NCBI RefSeq assembly: GCF_002087085.1
Contig: NZ_MWQY01000011.1
Coordinates: forward strand, 62,001-126,000
DNA length: 64,000 nucleotides
Reading direction: 5' to 3'
Notes under the pieces: model-generated
Told to the model about the DNA's origin: nothing
Database searches by the model: none
The model's input: only the letters and a program-made list of their open reading frames with translations
Part shown: piece by piece, positions 20,610-30,058 of the stretch
Layout: each line of letters begins with the position of its first letter
How positions within the stretch are numbered: position 1 is the stretch's first letter
Translations under genes and position numbers: made by a program

Positions 20610-21293
20610 ATGAAACGAAGCGAAATCAATGCAATTCTCCGGGAGGGAGATGAGTTTTTTAAATCCAGCATGTGGCATCTTCCCGAGTGGGCATACTGGT
20701 CACTGGATGAGTGGAAACAGTACAGCCATCAATGCTCAGCAGTTTTTGCCCATTCCCTGGGCTGGGACATTACCGATTTCGGAAGTGGAGACTATCTTAA
20801 AAGAGGGCTTTTTCTCTTTACGCTCCGGAACGGCGTGAATGGCCAGCCGGGAAAACTGTATGCCGAAAAGATCATGATAGTCAGAGAGGAGCAGGAAACC
20901 CCTTTTCATTACCATAAACTGAAACAGGAAGACATCATCAACCGGAGCGGGGGGAATCTCCTGTTCAAGCTCCGTCATACCAGTGACGGTACGGCAATGG
21001 ATGAAGAGCGGCCTGTGGAGATCCTGATTGATGACAGAAGCCGTACTGTTCAGCCGGGAGAGACGCTGTGCCTGAAACCGGGACAGAGCATCTGTCTGGA
21101 GCCCGGGGTGTACCACAGGTTTTATGGGGAAACGGGAGAGGGAACGGTCCTGGTCGGCGAGGTGAGCCTGGTCAATGACGATGCAGCGGATAATTATTTT
21201 TACGAGTCCCTCGGCCGATTTCCGGAAATTGAGGAGGACGAGGAACCGCTTTACCTGCTCTCCAGCGACTACTCAAGGTTTCTGGGGGTATAA
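20610..21293 (+). CDS. D-lyxose/D-mannose ketol-isomerase family (cupin)
   Basis: MKRSEIN start, LGWDITDFG, YAEK, PFHYH..KQEDIINR, GEVSLVNDD. Confidence 0.9.
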   Translation: MKRSEINAILREGDEFFKSSMWHLPEWAYWSLDEWKQYSHQCSAVFAHSLGWDITDFGSGDYLKRGLFLFTLRNGVNGQPGKLYAEKIMIVREEQETPFHYHKLKQEDIINRSGGNLLFKLRHTSDGTAMDEERPVEILIDDRSRTVQPGETLCLKPGQSICLEPGVYHRFYGETGEGTVLVGEVSLVNDDAADNYFYESLGRFPEIEEDEEPLYLLSSDYSRFLGV

Positions 21294-21295
21294 AC

Positions 21296-22477
21296 GTGAC
21301 AATCTCCGGTACCGGATGCTGTCTGTATGATTATCTGTACAGGGATGTCTCCTTGGAGTCCCCGAATTTCCGGAAATTCCTCTCCAGTTTGCCTGGAGAC
21401 GGCGGTCTTACGCCGGGAGGCCTTGTATTTGCGGAAAGTCTTTCCCGATTTGCAGGACTTCCTGCGGAAGAGTGTATCGCAGCTCTCACACAGGGCCGAA
21501 AACCAGACAAGGTCAATCTGGGAGGACCGGCTGTGGTGTCCATGATTCACGCTGCCCAGGTTCTGCCGAAGGAGTGGAATATTCAGTTTTACACCTGCCT
21601 GGGGGACGACCCTGAATCGGAGAGGCTGATGGAAGACCTGAAGCGCTTTCCCATGGCCCTGTACACCGACCGGGCTCCCGGCTGTTCGGTGCCTTCAACG
21701 GTGGTGCTCTCGGACCCGTCCTGGCATGACGGAGCGGGGGAGCGCAGTTTTGTGAACACCCCGGGAAGTGCCCTGGCCTTCTCTCCGGATATGCTGGATG
21801 AGGGGTTCTTTCGAAGTGACATATGCCTCTGGGGCGGCAGTGCCCTTGTCCCGCCGCTTCATGACAATCTGGCTTTCCTGACAAAAAAGGCGAGGGAGCG
21901 GGGCAGTCTCAATGTTGCGGGGACCGTGTATGATTTTCGACATCAGGCGGCTGACCCTGTACATGCCTGGCCTCTGGGGACCCATGAAAATCCGGCGTAT
22001 CCCTGGATCGATATCCTCATTACAGACAGGGAGGAGGCCCGGCGTCTCTCCCTGCAGGAGGATGTCGAGGATGCCGCGGAGTTCCTGCTGGCGCAGGGTT
22101 GCGGTGCCTGCATCATTACCCGGGGAAAGGACGATGTTTATGTAAAAACCCGCTCGGATCTCTTTCGATCTGTCCCGGGGAAATTTTTCCCGGTGAGCGA
22201 ATTAATAGTGTTCGACCTGGCGGAAAACCCGGAAAAGAGGGGCGACACTACCGGCTGCGGAGATAATTTTATGGGCGGGGTTCTGGCCTCCGTTGCCCGG
22301 CAGATGGATGCGGATCCAGCCGGTCCTGTGGATCTTGAGGAAGCTGTTGTCGAAGGGATCTGTGCCGGCGGGCTGGCACTCTATCATGTCGGAGGTGTCT
22401 ATGCTGAAAAGTATCCCGGGGAAAAACAGAAGAAAATCGAGGAAATAAAGAGCAGCTACACGGGTCAGTCTGCATGA
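21296..22477 (+). CDS. PfkB-family carbohydrate kinase
   Basis: GG substrate motif, ITRG, DTTGCGDNF anion-hole motif. Confidence 0.85.
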   Translation: MTISGTGCCLYDYLYRDVSLESPNFRKFLSSLPGDGGLTPGGLVFAESLSRFAGLPAEECIAALTQGRKPDKVNLGGPAVVSMIHAAQVLPKEWNIQFYTCLGDDPESERLMEDLKRFPMALYTDRAPGCSVPSTVVLSDPSWHDGAGERSFVNTPGSALAFSPDMLDEGFFRSDICLWGGSALVPPLHDNLAFLTKKARERGSLNVAGTVYDFRHQAADPVHAWPLGTHENPAYPWIDILITDREEARRLSLQEDVEDAAEFLLAQGCGACIITRGKDDVYVKTRSDLFRSVPGKFFPVSELIVFDLAENPEKRGDTTGCGDNFMGGVLASVARQMDADPAGPVDLEEAVVEGICAGGLALYHVGGVYAEKYPGEKQKKIEEIKSSYTGQSA

Positions 22478-23661
22478 AAGGTGAGGTCCTGGTTTTCGGA
22501 GCGGGAAATATCGGCCGTTCGTTTATAACCCCCCTCTTTCTGGATGCCGGCTATACCGTCCATCTGGCGGATATCAACACAGAGCTGATTGCGGCGCTGA
22601 AACAGGCCGGCTCCTACACCATCCGGATATGTGCAGGGGAAAAGGAGTCTGTTCGAAGGGTGGAAGGTTTTTTTCCCCTGGCTCTTACAGATCACCAAAC
22701 CCTTGATCCACTGTTGCGGCGAGTGCCTCTTATGGTGACCTGCGTGGGTCGGGCCGGACTGGAGGCGGTGGCCTCCCTGATCGGTGAGATGCTTCCCGGG
22801 CGAAGAGGAGAAAACGGGGAGTTCCTTCCTCTGGATATTATTCTGGCGGAGAATCTCAGGGATGCCTCGGAAGTCTTTCGCCGGAAGATTCTGCAGCCCC
22901 TGAAGGGAGATTTTCCGGTGGAAAGCCACCTGGGGCTGGTGGAGACAAGTATCGGCAAGATGGTCCCTCTTCTGACTGAAGAAGAACGGCGGCGGAATCC
23001 CCTGAGCCTGAAGGCCGAAGCCTATAATACATTGATTCTCGATCGGGACGGCTTTGTCGGCCATCCTCCCGAATCACCGTCGATCAGACTGGTATCTCCC
23101 ATTCGGGCCTGGGTCGATCGAAAGCTTTTTCTGCACAACATGGGTCATGCCGCCGCTGCCTATCTGGGACGGCTCTATTTTCCCGGAGAAGCCTCTCTGG
23201 CTCCCCTGATGCAGTATGCGTGGTTTTTCTCTGAAATCCGGAATGTGATGATGGAGGGGGCTGAAATATTGCTCAAAGCTTACCCGGAGGTCTTTAGCCT
23301 CTCTGAACTGAAGGATCATGTTGATGACCTGCTTGAGCGTTTTGCCAATCCTTCCCTGGGGGACTCGGTCCAGAGGATCGGGCGGGACCTGTCCCGAAAA
23401 CTTGGGCGAAACGATCGGATAACAGGAGCCCTGCGGGAAGCCGTCACGCACAGGCTTCCGATGGAGGGCCTTGGACGGGTCTATCTGGCCGCCCTGGTAT
23501 TTGAGGAGGCAAACCCGCAGAGTCCGGACCATGATATTGCGCGAATGTTCAGGGAAGAGGGGCTGGAAGCGGTTTATTCCAGGATATCCTGCGGAGGGGA
23601 AGTTCCGGATGAAATCGATCACAGAATCATTACGGAACTTAAGCGTCTCCACGCCGGCTGA
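22474..23661 (+). CDS. Mannitol-1-phosphate 5-dehydrogenase-like protein
   Basis: FGAGNIGR, AEN, RKLFLHNMGH, RFANPSLGD.V.RIGRD..RKL. Confidence 0.8.
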   Translation: MKGEVLVFGAGNIGRSFITPLFLDAGYTVHLADINTELIAALKQAGSYTIRICAGEKESVRRVEGFFPLALTDHQTLDPLLRRVPLMVTCVGRAGLEAVASLIGEMLPGRRGENGEFLPLDIILAENLRDASEVFRRKILQPLKGDFPVESHLGLVETSIGKMVPLLTEEERRRNPLSLKAEAYNTLILDRDGFVGHPPESPSIRLVSPIRAWVDRKLFLHNMGHAAAAYLGRLYFPGEASLAPLMQYAWFFSEIRNVMMEGAEILLKAYPEVFSLSELKDHVDDLLERFANPSLGDSVQRIGRDLSRKLGRNDRITGALREAVTHRLPMEGLGRVYLAALVFEEANPQSPDHDIARMFREEGLEAVYSRISCGGEVPDEIDHRIITELKRLHAG

Positions 23662-23676
23662 TACGCGGAGGTCGGT

Positions 23677-24942
23677 TTACCTCTGGGGCTGCTGATTGAT
23701 CCATCGTTCGATACTGCGGCTGAGATTCTGAGATGCGGGGACCTCATTCAGCTGGGACTGCAGCCAGGGGAGAATGCTCTCACTTTTCAGGTCGTTCCAT
23801 ATATCCGGCAGGGCAGGGGGGAACTCGATAAAAGATGCCGGAGGTACATGCCCAACCAGCTCGGGAAAAAACCGGGGCAGTTCAATCTCGTTTACTCCCT
23901 GCAGGGAAGAGAAGCCCCCGGCAATGCCGAAATGCCGCATCCGCTTGTACTGGCTGGTTTCAAGCAGCAGCGCCTGGTTTTCGGGACGAAAAAACCACTC
24001 GAGAAAAGCCCTGGCAGCAGTGCTTCTTCCCGCTGTCCTGGGGATTCCTGCAAAAACCATATCTTCCCGAACCGGTACCTGGTTCTCATGGGAAATCCAG
24101 CGGAAATCAAGGTGTTCCCGGTCGGCGGGGGGAATAAAAAAATAGGTGTCTATATGGGAAAAAGCAAAGAGTATTCTTCCTGAGTTAACCAGCTTGTAGG
24201 GGGGTTCATACATGTACTTTTCGATAAACTCAATGTCCGCCTCCCATCCTCCGTTAACCTCTTCGATCCACTCCCGCATGTCGGATATACCCCGGTCGAG
24301 GCTTTCCTGGTTCCATACAAGGGTGCCTTCCATGGTTTCCCGGAAGTCCACATTGAGAAGCCTCAGCCAGGTGAAGGCTGCTTCGGGGTTCCATCTGGGG
24401 GAATAGCCGAGGACTGTACGGGAGGGGTGCAGTTCAGGGAATCCTGCAGCGTGTTCCCTGATCTGTCCAAGGCTCAGATCAAAGCTCTCGATTTCTCTGT
24501 AACTGTCCAGAAAGAACATCAGGGGTAAGGAAAAGGATATCGGCAGCAGGGTCTGTTTTTCTTCGAAGACCCCGAGATCCAGGATACCGGGGTAAAATTC
24601 CTCAGTCTCGAGCTGTCCGTCCTCTATCATTCGGTCCAGGGACTGGAAGAGGGGGATGGTGCGCCGGTCGTTAAGGAAGGATCCGATGACGATATCCGGC
24701 TGGACCTCTGCCTGTCTGACCGCCAGGGCCGGAGAGGGCTTGTAGACAACGGATACCATGTACTCGTTCTGGGAGGTATTGAAGATTTCGGCATACGCGG
24801 CAATCTCTGCCTGGTCGGTCCAGAGCAGGGCGGGGTCGTTGTTGAAGCGCTGGCAGCCTGTGAAGGGAGTGATTAGAGCCGCCAGTAGTACGAAACCGGT
24901 AAGAAAAATTATATGCCGTCGGATAGAGCTCGCTTTGTTCAC
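23677..24942 (-). CDS. Putative solute-binding lipoprotein (start uncertain)
   Basis: Lipobox-like FTGC; PDIV and LLPISFS patterns typical of sugar-binding proteins. Confidence 0.65.
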   Translation of the reverse strand: MNKASSIRRHIIFLTGFVLLAALITPFTGCQRFNNDPALLWTDQAEIAAYAEIFNTSQNEYMVSVVYKPSPALAVRQAEVQPDIVIGSFLNDRRTIPLFQSLDRMIEDGQLETEEFYPGILDLGVFEEKQTLLPISFSLPLMFFLDSYREIESFDLSLGQIREHAAGFPELHPSRTVLGYSPRWNPEAAFTWLRLLNVDFRETMEGTLVWNQESLDRGISDMREWIEEVNGGWEADIEFIEKYMYEPPYKLVNSGRILFAFSHIDTYFFIPPADREHLDFRWISHENQVPVREDMVFAGIPRTAGRSTAARAFLEWFFRPENQALLLETSQYKRMRHFGIAGGFSSLQGVNEIELPRFFPELVGHVPPASFIEFPPALPDIWNDLKSESILPWLQSQLNEVPASQNLSRSIERWINQQPQR

Positions 24943-25010
24943 GTCCAAACAGTACGGATTTCTGCGGCTCCTTGTCAACGCCGCTGTTTTGCCCGTCATC
25001 TTCCGGGGGA

Positions 25011-25039
25011 TTGCGGAAAGACCGGGAGCGGGATATCCT
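25011..25039 (+). promoter_or_regulatory. Sigma70-type promoter, probably leaderless, for the radical SAM gene
   Basis: TTGCGG-N17-TATCCT, 6 nt before the GTG at 25046. Confidence 0.55.
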
Positions 25040-25045
25040 TTTTTC

Positions 25046-25978
25046 GTGTCCATACTGCCTTATCGAAGTTACTCAGCTTACCTGAAAGAACGCTACGGGG
25101 TGCCGGCCTACCGGGTTGCAGTCGATGCGGGTTTCTCCTGTCCGAACCGGGCGGGGGGACGTTCCCGGGAAGGCTGCAGTTACTGTGAAATCTCCGGTGC
25201 CCGGGCGGTCTATCTGGACCGGACCGGACCGGAGAACCTCAGGATGCAGGTTGCGCGGGGAGTGGAATTCCTCAGCAAACGCTACGGAGCCCGGGTACTG
25301 CTTCTCTACTTTCAGGCCTACACGAATACCCTCGGCTCTGTCGGGGAGCTGCGGCGTCTCTACGATGACTGTCTGGAGATGGCCCCGTTCCGGGAGCTGA
25401 TTGTCTCCACCAGGCCTGACGAAATCGACGGTCCCAGGGCCGACCTCCTTGCTTCCTACCGCGGTGAGGATTTTGATGTATGGGTAGAACTGGGCCTTCA
25501 GAGTGTTCATGACGCCACCCTGAAGCGGATAAACCGCGGACATGACAGCGCCGCCTTTTTCAGAGCCTATGATATGCTCAAGGAGCGGGGAATTAAAACA
25601 GCGGTGCATCTGATCTTCGGGCTCCCCGGTGAGGGGCGAAGGGAGATAATGGAGAGCGTCCGCCGGGTGGCCGCCCTGCGCCCTGAGGGAATCAAACTCC
25701 ACAATCTTCACATCCCGGTTTCTTCACCCCTTTACCGGGAGTATCTGAAAGGAACACTGACAGTTCCTTCCCCGGCGCGGCATGCGGAATACGTGGCGGA
25801 AGCCCTTGCACTGCTGCCGCCGGAGACCCTTATCATGCGCATGACCTGCGATACCCCCTCGGCACGGCGGGGGGCTCCCCTCTGGGTTCCCGGAAAGAGC
25901 GCCTTCAGTAATGAGGTTGTCCGATTGATGGGTATAAAAAAAGAGCGGCAGGGTGACCGTTTCCCCGCCGCTGGATAG
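25046..25978 (+). CDS. Radical SAM protein, YhcC/TIGR01212 family
   Basis: DAGFSCPNR...GCSYC, YFQAYTNT, TRPD, ELGLQS, INRGH, GIKLHNLH. Confidence 0.88.
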   Translation: MSILPYRSYSAYLKERYGVPAYRVAVDAGFSCPNRAGGRSREGCSYCEISGARAVYLDRTGPENLRMQVARGVEFLSKRYGARVLLLYFQAYTNTLGSVGELRRLYDDCLEMAPFRELIVSTRPDEIDGPRADLLASYRGEDFDVWVELGLQSVHDATLKRINRGHDSAAFFRAYDMLKERGIKTAVHLIFGLPGEGRREIMESVRRVAALRPEGIKLHNLHIPVSSPLYREYLKGTLTVPSPARHAEYVAEALALLPPETLIMRMTCDTPSARRGAPLWVPGKSAFSNEVVRLMGIKKERQGDRFPAAG

Positions 25979-25989
25979 TCAATCCGGTA

Positions 25990-27285
25990 TTATCCCGCCA
26001 GCCTGTCGGCGGCGGCAAATATCGCATCAAAGAGAGGCTGCAGGTCCTTCGTGTCGATGGAACTAAAGGCAACCCGAAGGCAGTCGCTGCCGATGGAGAT
26101 GGTTCCGATGCCTTCCTTATGCAGCAGTTCCAGACGCAGTTTTTCCGCATCCACCGATCCGCAGTTGAAGCTCATAAAATAGCCCGAGTTGAAGGGCATG
26201 GGGGTGAGCTCCCTGCCGGTACTCCGGGTTTCGAGAATTTCCTTTACCTTCAGGTAGCGTTCCTTCAGGACTTCCATCCATTTCTTCTTTTCCTCGTCAT
26301 GGTCGAGTTTTTCCAGGGTTTTGAGGAGGATACTCTGACCGGGACGCGAAGAGTTGGAGATCGACCCCCGCAGGGCGCCTCCTACCTTCTTGTTCAGGGC
26401 ATCATACTGCTCCATTGTCATGGAGGGGGAGGCAAAGGTAAGGAAGCCTACGCGGAAGCCCCAGCAGAAGTCTTCCTTCGTGGGACCGTCCACCTTGGCG
26501 GCCAGGACGTTCTCGTGGCAGTTCGCTGCCAGAGCAAAGAAGGACTCCTTGAAGGTATCCTCTTCGTAGAAGAGACCGAAGTAGGCATCATCGGTTACAA
26601 CGAGAATTTTATATCCCTCTTCGGCCACCTCGCGGACCGCCGAAGCAAGGGTATGGGCTTCTTCGTTGGTGGGGGAATAGCCGCTGGGATTGTTCGGGAA
26701 GTTCACCAGCAGAATGATTTTTCCATTCTTCGCGGAAGAACGCATGGCGTTTACAAAAGCCTGGATGTTCAGTTTTCCTTCGTCGGTAAAGAAGGGGAAG
26801 GTCTTGATTACAGAACCGTTTCTGACCTCGAAGATGAGCCGGTAGTTGCCCCAGAACATGTCTGGGACCAGCACGGTGTCTCCCTCGCCGGCAAAGAGGT
26901 CGGCAATCTGGGTAATACCGCTGGTAAGCCCCGGAACAACAACGGGCAGGGAAATCTCCCGCTTGTTCAGGGAGGGGTTCTTGCGGTAGATCTCTTCCCG
27001 CCAGAGTTTTCGCAGGGCTGGAAGTCCCGGAGATGGTGCATAGGCGACCGCCTCAGCGGGGCTGAGCAGGGGCATGTGCTCCCTGATGGTTTCCAGCTCG
27101 ATGGGGTGTCCTTCGCTGTAGGCCATTCCTACTGTGGCGTTGAAGCGGTGGGCATGCTCAGAGGCTTCAACTGACTGGAGAGCTATTCCCCTGGGGAAAT
27201 AGAAACGCTTACCGAAATCGGACAGCAGGTCCAGGCAGACCGAGCCGTCGAGTATCCTGTTTAGTTCCTGGGCTAATGGGTTCAT
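25990..27285 (-). CDS. PLP-dependent aminotransferase class I/II
   Basis: NFPNNPSG, DDAY, KVDGPTKE...GFRVGF, LRVAFS. Confidence 0.9.
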   Translation of the reverse strand: MNPLAQELNRILDGSVCLDLLSDFGKRFYFPRGIALQSVEASEHAHRFNATVGMAYSEGHPIELETIREHMPLLSPAEAVAYAPSPGLPALRKLWREEIYRKNPSLNKREISLPVVVPGLTSGITQIADLFAGEGDTVLVPDMFWGNYRLIFEVRNGSVIKTFPFFTDEGKLNIQAFVNAMRSSAKNGKIILLVNFPNNPSGYSPTNEEAHTLASAVREVAEEGYKILVVTDDAYFGLFYEEDTFKESFFALAANCHENVLAAKVDGPTKEDFCWGFRVGFLTFASPSMTMEQYDALNKKVGGALRGSISNSSRPGQSILLKTLEKLDHDEEKKKWMEVLKERYLKVKEILETRSTGRELTPMPFNSGYFMSFNCGSVDAEKLRLELLHKEGIGTISIGSDCLRVAFSSIDTKDLQPLFDAIFAAADRLAG

Positions 27286-27293
27286 CGCCAGAA

Positions 27294-27323
27294 AGGATAG
27301 CCAGAAACGGAAGGTTTTGTCAA
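27294..27323 (-). promoter_or_regulatory. Sigma70-type promoter, probably leaderless, for the aminotransferase
   Basis: TTGACA-N18-TATCCT, 8 nt before the ATG; no Shine-Dalgarno sequence. Confidence 0.6.
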
Positions 27324-27355
27324 TAAATATACAGAAACAGGCGTATATTTATCCA

Positions 27356-28357
27356 CTATTTTGAAAATATCCGGTCCAGGGCACGGGCTGCAGCGGTTTT
27401 CACCACGGGATGTTTCTCTTCCAGGAAGGGCCGGATCAGCTGTTCCAGAGACGGGTCTCCGCTGTTGCCTGCGGCGGTCAGCAGGTTCCGGAGAATCGCC
27501 TCCCGGGGAATCCAGCTGGCCTCCAGGGCGGTATCGGGGAAGATCTTCTTCAGTCCTTTTTCCGCAGGTGAGGCGAACTTAGGGAGGAGATCCCTGATGG
27601 GATATTCCTCCCTGCCCAGGCTGTCTCCGTCGGCGTGAACACTCCTGCGCCGGTTTACCGGGCAGCTGTTCTGACAGTCCATACAGCCGTACAGTCGTCG
27701 GCCCCAGACCTTCCGGGCAAAATCGGGAAGGTCCTCCCTGGTGGTTGCCAGGTACTGGAGGCAGCGTTCAAGCCTGACTCCGCCCGATTCCGCAATGGCC
27801 CCTGTCGGGCAGGCCGAGACACAGGCCCGGCAGGAGCCGCATTCCCCGTGAGGATCCGCCGGGGCTTCCAGGCTGCTGATCCTTGCGAGATCTTCATTTC
27901 CGCGGAGCCGGGAGATCTCCCCTTCGTCCAGGGAAGCCAGAATCCCTGCAAGCACGAAGGAGGAACCGTACTCCCTGTTCATCAAAAGGCCGTTGCGGCC
28001 GACCCAGCCGATTCCCAGGGCTGCAGCGATTGAGCGTTCGGGCAGCCGGGAGTTGCTGAAAAGCCTTACATGCTGTTTGCTGACTCCCGTTCCCCTCTGC
28101 AGTTCAGAAACCAGGGCCTTCAGCCTTTTTACGCAGTCCCGGTAGTAATGGGCCGCTGCGAAGGGTGCGACAAGGACCTTCCCGGGATCAGCTGAGGGGG
28201 CCGGATCGGGTATGGGGAAGATTCCCATGATAACCAGGTATGTCCGGTCTCCGGGAGTCTCACCGACAAGACCGGGCGCGATCCAGGCGATTCCCGGGCT
28301 GCGAAAACCATTCTCGAGAAATTTGCCGAGCAGTATATCCGTACGTGTCATGATCAT
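27356..28357 (-). CDS. queG: Epoxyqueuosine reductase-like 4Fe-4S protein
   Basis: GIGWVGRNGLL..EYGS, CGSCRACVSACPTGA, YGCMDCQNSCP, C-terminal HEAT-like helices. Confidence 0.8.
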   Translation of the reverse strand: MIMTRTDILLGKFLENGFRSPGIAWIAPGLVGETPGDRTYLVIMGIFPIPDPAPSADPGKVLVAPFAAAHYYRDCVKRLKALVSELQRGTGVSKQHVRLFSNSRLPERSIAAALGIGWVGRNGLLMNREYGSSFVLAGILASLDEGEISRLRGNEDLARISSLEAPADPHGECGSCRACVSACPTGAIAESGGVRLERCLQYLATTREDLPDFARKVWGRRLYGCMDCQNSCPVNRRRSVHADGDSLGREEYPIRDLLPKFASPAEKGLKKIFPDTALEASWIPREAILRNLLTAAGNSGDPSLEQLIRPFLEEKHPVVKTAAARALDRIFSK

Positions 28358-28431
28358 TCCCTGTACAACAGAGTTTAAACTAATTATCTGCTCATTGGCA
28401 ATTTACCGGAGAAACCCGGAGATTCCTTCGA

Positions 28432-28460
28432 TTGACAGCTAGTCGCTTTTCCCATACCAT
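28432..28460 (+). promoter_or_regulatory. Sigma70-type promoter, probably leaderless
   Basis: TTGACA-N17-TACCAT, 7 nt before the ATG at 28468. Confidence 0.7.
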
Positions 28461-28467
28461 ACATGCT

Positions 28468-30033
28468 ATGAAGGAAAACGATCTGCTTCCGGCGGAGGAG
28501 CAGAAGGAAGAAGAGCAGCAGAATATTTTTCAGCGAATTTTCTCTTTTATTTTTTCCGGAAACGATCCCGAAAAAGAGAAGCGGCGCCTGTTGAAGGATA
28601 TCGCCAAAGAGCTGAAAAAGCAGAAATTCAAATTCTACAAGCCGAAGACGGAAGAGGCCCTTCCCGGACTGGCAAAGTTCTTTCATGATATCTATACCAC
28701 CATCGGACCTGCCCAGGTCCTGCTGGACCATGCAGCCAGTTCCAATGTTCTGAAGCAGCTGATCATAGAGGAATCCCTGGCCGAGGGTCAGATCACCATA
28801 AAAGACGATCTCTCCGAAGAGGCAATCCGAAAGCTCGCGGAGACCATGGACCACAAATCCCTGGTTCAGAAGCTCAAGAACCGGCTGGTTTCCCTGTATG
28901 CCGCCTTTGACGCTGAGAAGGTGAAACAGATAAACGCCCGGTACAACCTGCTGATGGTTTTTCTCGGCTTTGTTCATTTTGACTACTATTTTTTACTCAA
29001 GAAGTTCGATTCCGGCCTGCCGGAACGGGATTTTGTCTATAACCCGCGTTTTGAACCGATCAACGGGGAGTATATCTCCGACGACCTTAAGGATTTTCTT
29101 GAAGTCGCCGGAGCCATCGACCGCAGCCAGCCCTGGCAGGAACTGCTGGATGTGCTTCAGCTCTACCGTGAAATGCCCGTCGTGGATGCCGGTCAATGGA
29201 AGAAGATTCTCCGCAATGTGGCGGAAGTCAGAAAAAGCATGGTCCTGGAGCTTGTTATCCGCTACGTTGACAAGGATCCCTATTACAAGGTCAAGGCTGC
29301 CAGGCCCAATGAGCATATTGTTGAGGAGTATCTCTCCAAGATCAAGACCAACACTGAGCTCACGGTACAGAAGATCATCAAGGAACGACGCACCGGAAAG
29401 ATCGAAAAGCTCCTCCAGCAGGTTTTCGGCAGCGTTGCCATCTCCCGGATGAAAAACTATACCGACAAGAACAACGTCATGTTCTCCAAGAAGATGATGG
29501 CCGGCTACATGCACGTAGCTCCCATGAACTACCTGAAGGCCTTTCTGCTGGACTATTTCAAGAAGGACATCCGAGAGGTGGTGGACCAGCTCCTCATCCG
29601 GGGAAAATGGTCAACAAATCTTATGTCCCAGCAACTGTCCGACGCGTTCCATGCGGTGATGAGTATCTCCGACCAGCTGATCCAGTTTGATGAATCCCTG
29701 GGAGACGAGGGAGAGCGGGGAATCGCCCTTCGTAATGCCATGAAGCGGGCCGACAGGGACAAGAATGCTGTAAATGCCCTGCGGGAACAGCTCAAGAAGG
29801 TCAACGAGGAGGCCTTCAAGATGATCCACGGAGCAGCCTCCAATTTAATAACCGTGGGAAAAACCCTTAAGGTGGTGATTGAGGATTACGACCACAAACC
29901 CCGGGAGCTTATTCTGAACTGGAAGGAGATCGATATCTCCACGGACAACCAGATCAGATCCAAGCTGGCGGAGGTTTACAAGAAGATCTACTACTTTATC
30001 CAGCTTCTTCAGTTCTACGCCAAACCGGAGTAG
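28468..30033 (+). CDS. Conserved spirochaete helical protein (DUF5312-like)
   Basis: 521-aa ORF; family call is from recollection of similar spirochaete proteins and is unverified. Confidence 0.65.
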   Translation: MKENDLLPAEEQKEEEQQNIFQRIFSFIFSGNDPEKEKRRLLKDIAKELKKQKFKFYKPKTEEALPGLAKFFHDIYTTIGPAQVLLDHAASSNVLKQLIIEESLAEGQITIKDDLSEEAIRKLAETMDHKSLVQKLKNRLVSLYAAFDAEKVKQINARYNLLMVFLGFVHFDYYFLLKKFDSGLPERDFVYNPRFEPINGEYISDDLKDFLEVAGAIDRSQPWQELLDVLQLYREMPVVDAGQWKKILRNVAEVRKSMVLELVIRYVDKDPYYKVKAARPNEHIVEEYLSKIKTNTELTVQKIIKERRTGKIEKLLQQVFGSVAISRMKNYTDKNNVMFSKKMMAGYMHVAPMNYLKAFLLDYFKKDIREVVDQLLIRGKWSTNLMSQQLSDAFHAVMSISDQLIQFDESLGDEGERGIALRNAMKRADRDKNAVNALREQLKKVNEEAFKMIHGAASNLITVGKTLKVVIEDYDHKPRELILNWKEIDISTDNQIRSKLAEVYKKIYYFIQLLQFYAKPE

Positions 30034-30058
30034 GCTCTTTTCCCGAAAACCCGGGCGA

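Noticed and set aside
24758..25053. Long head-to-head overlap of the radical SAM and binding-protein ORFs
   Set aside because: More plausible starts (about 25046 and 24942) remove the overlap
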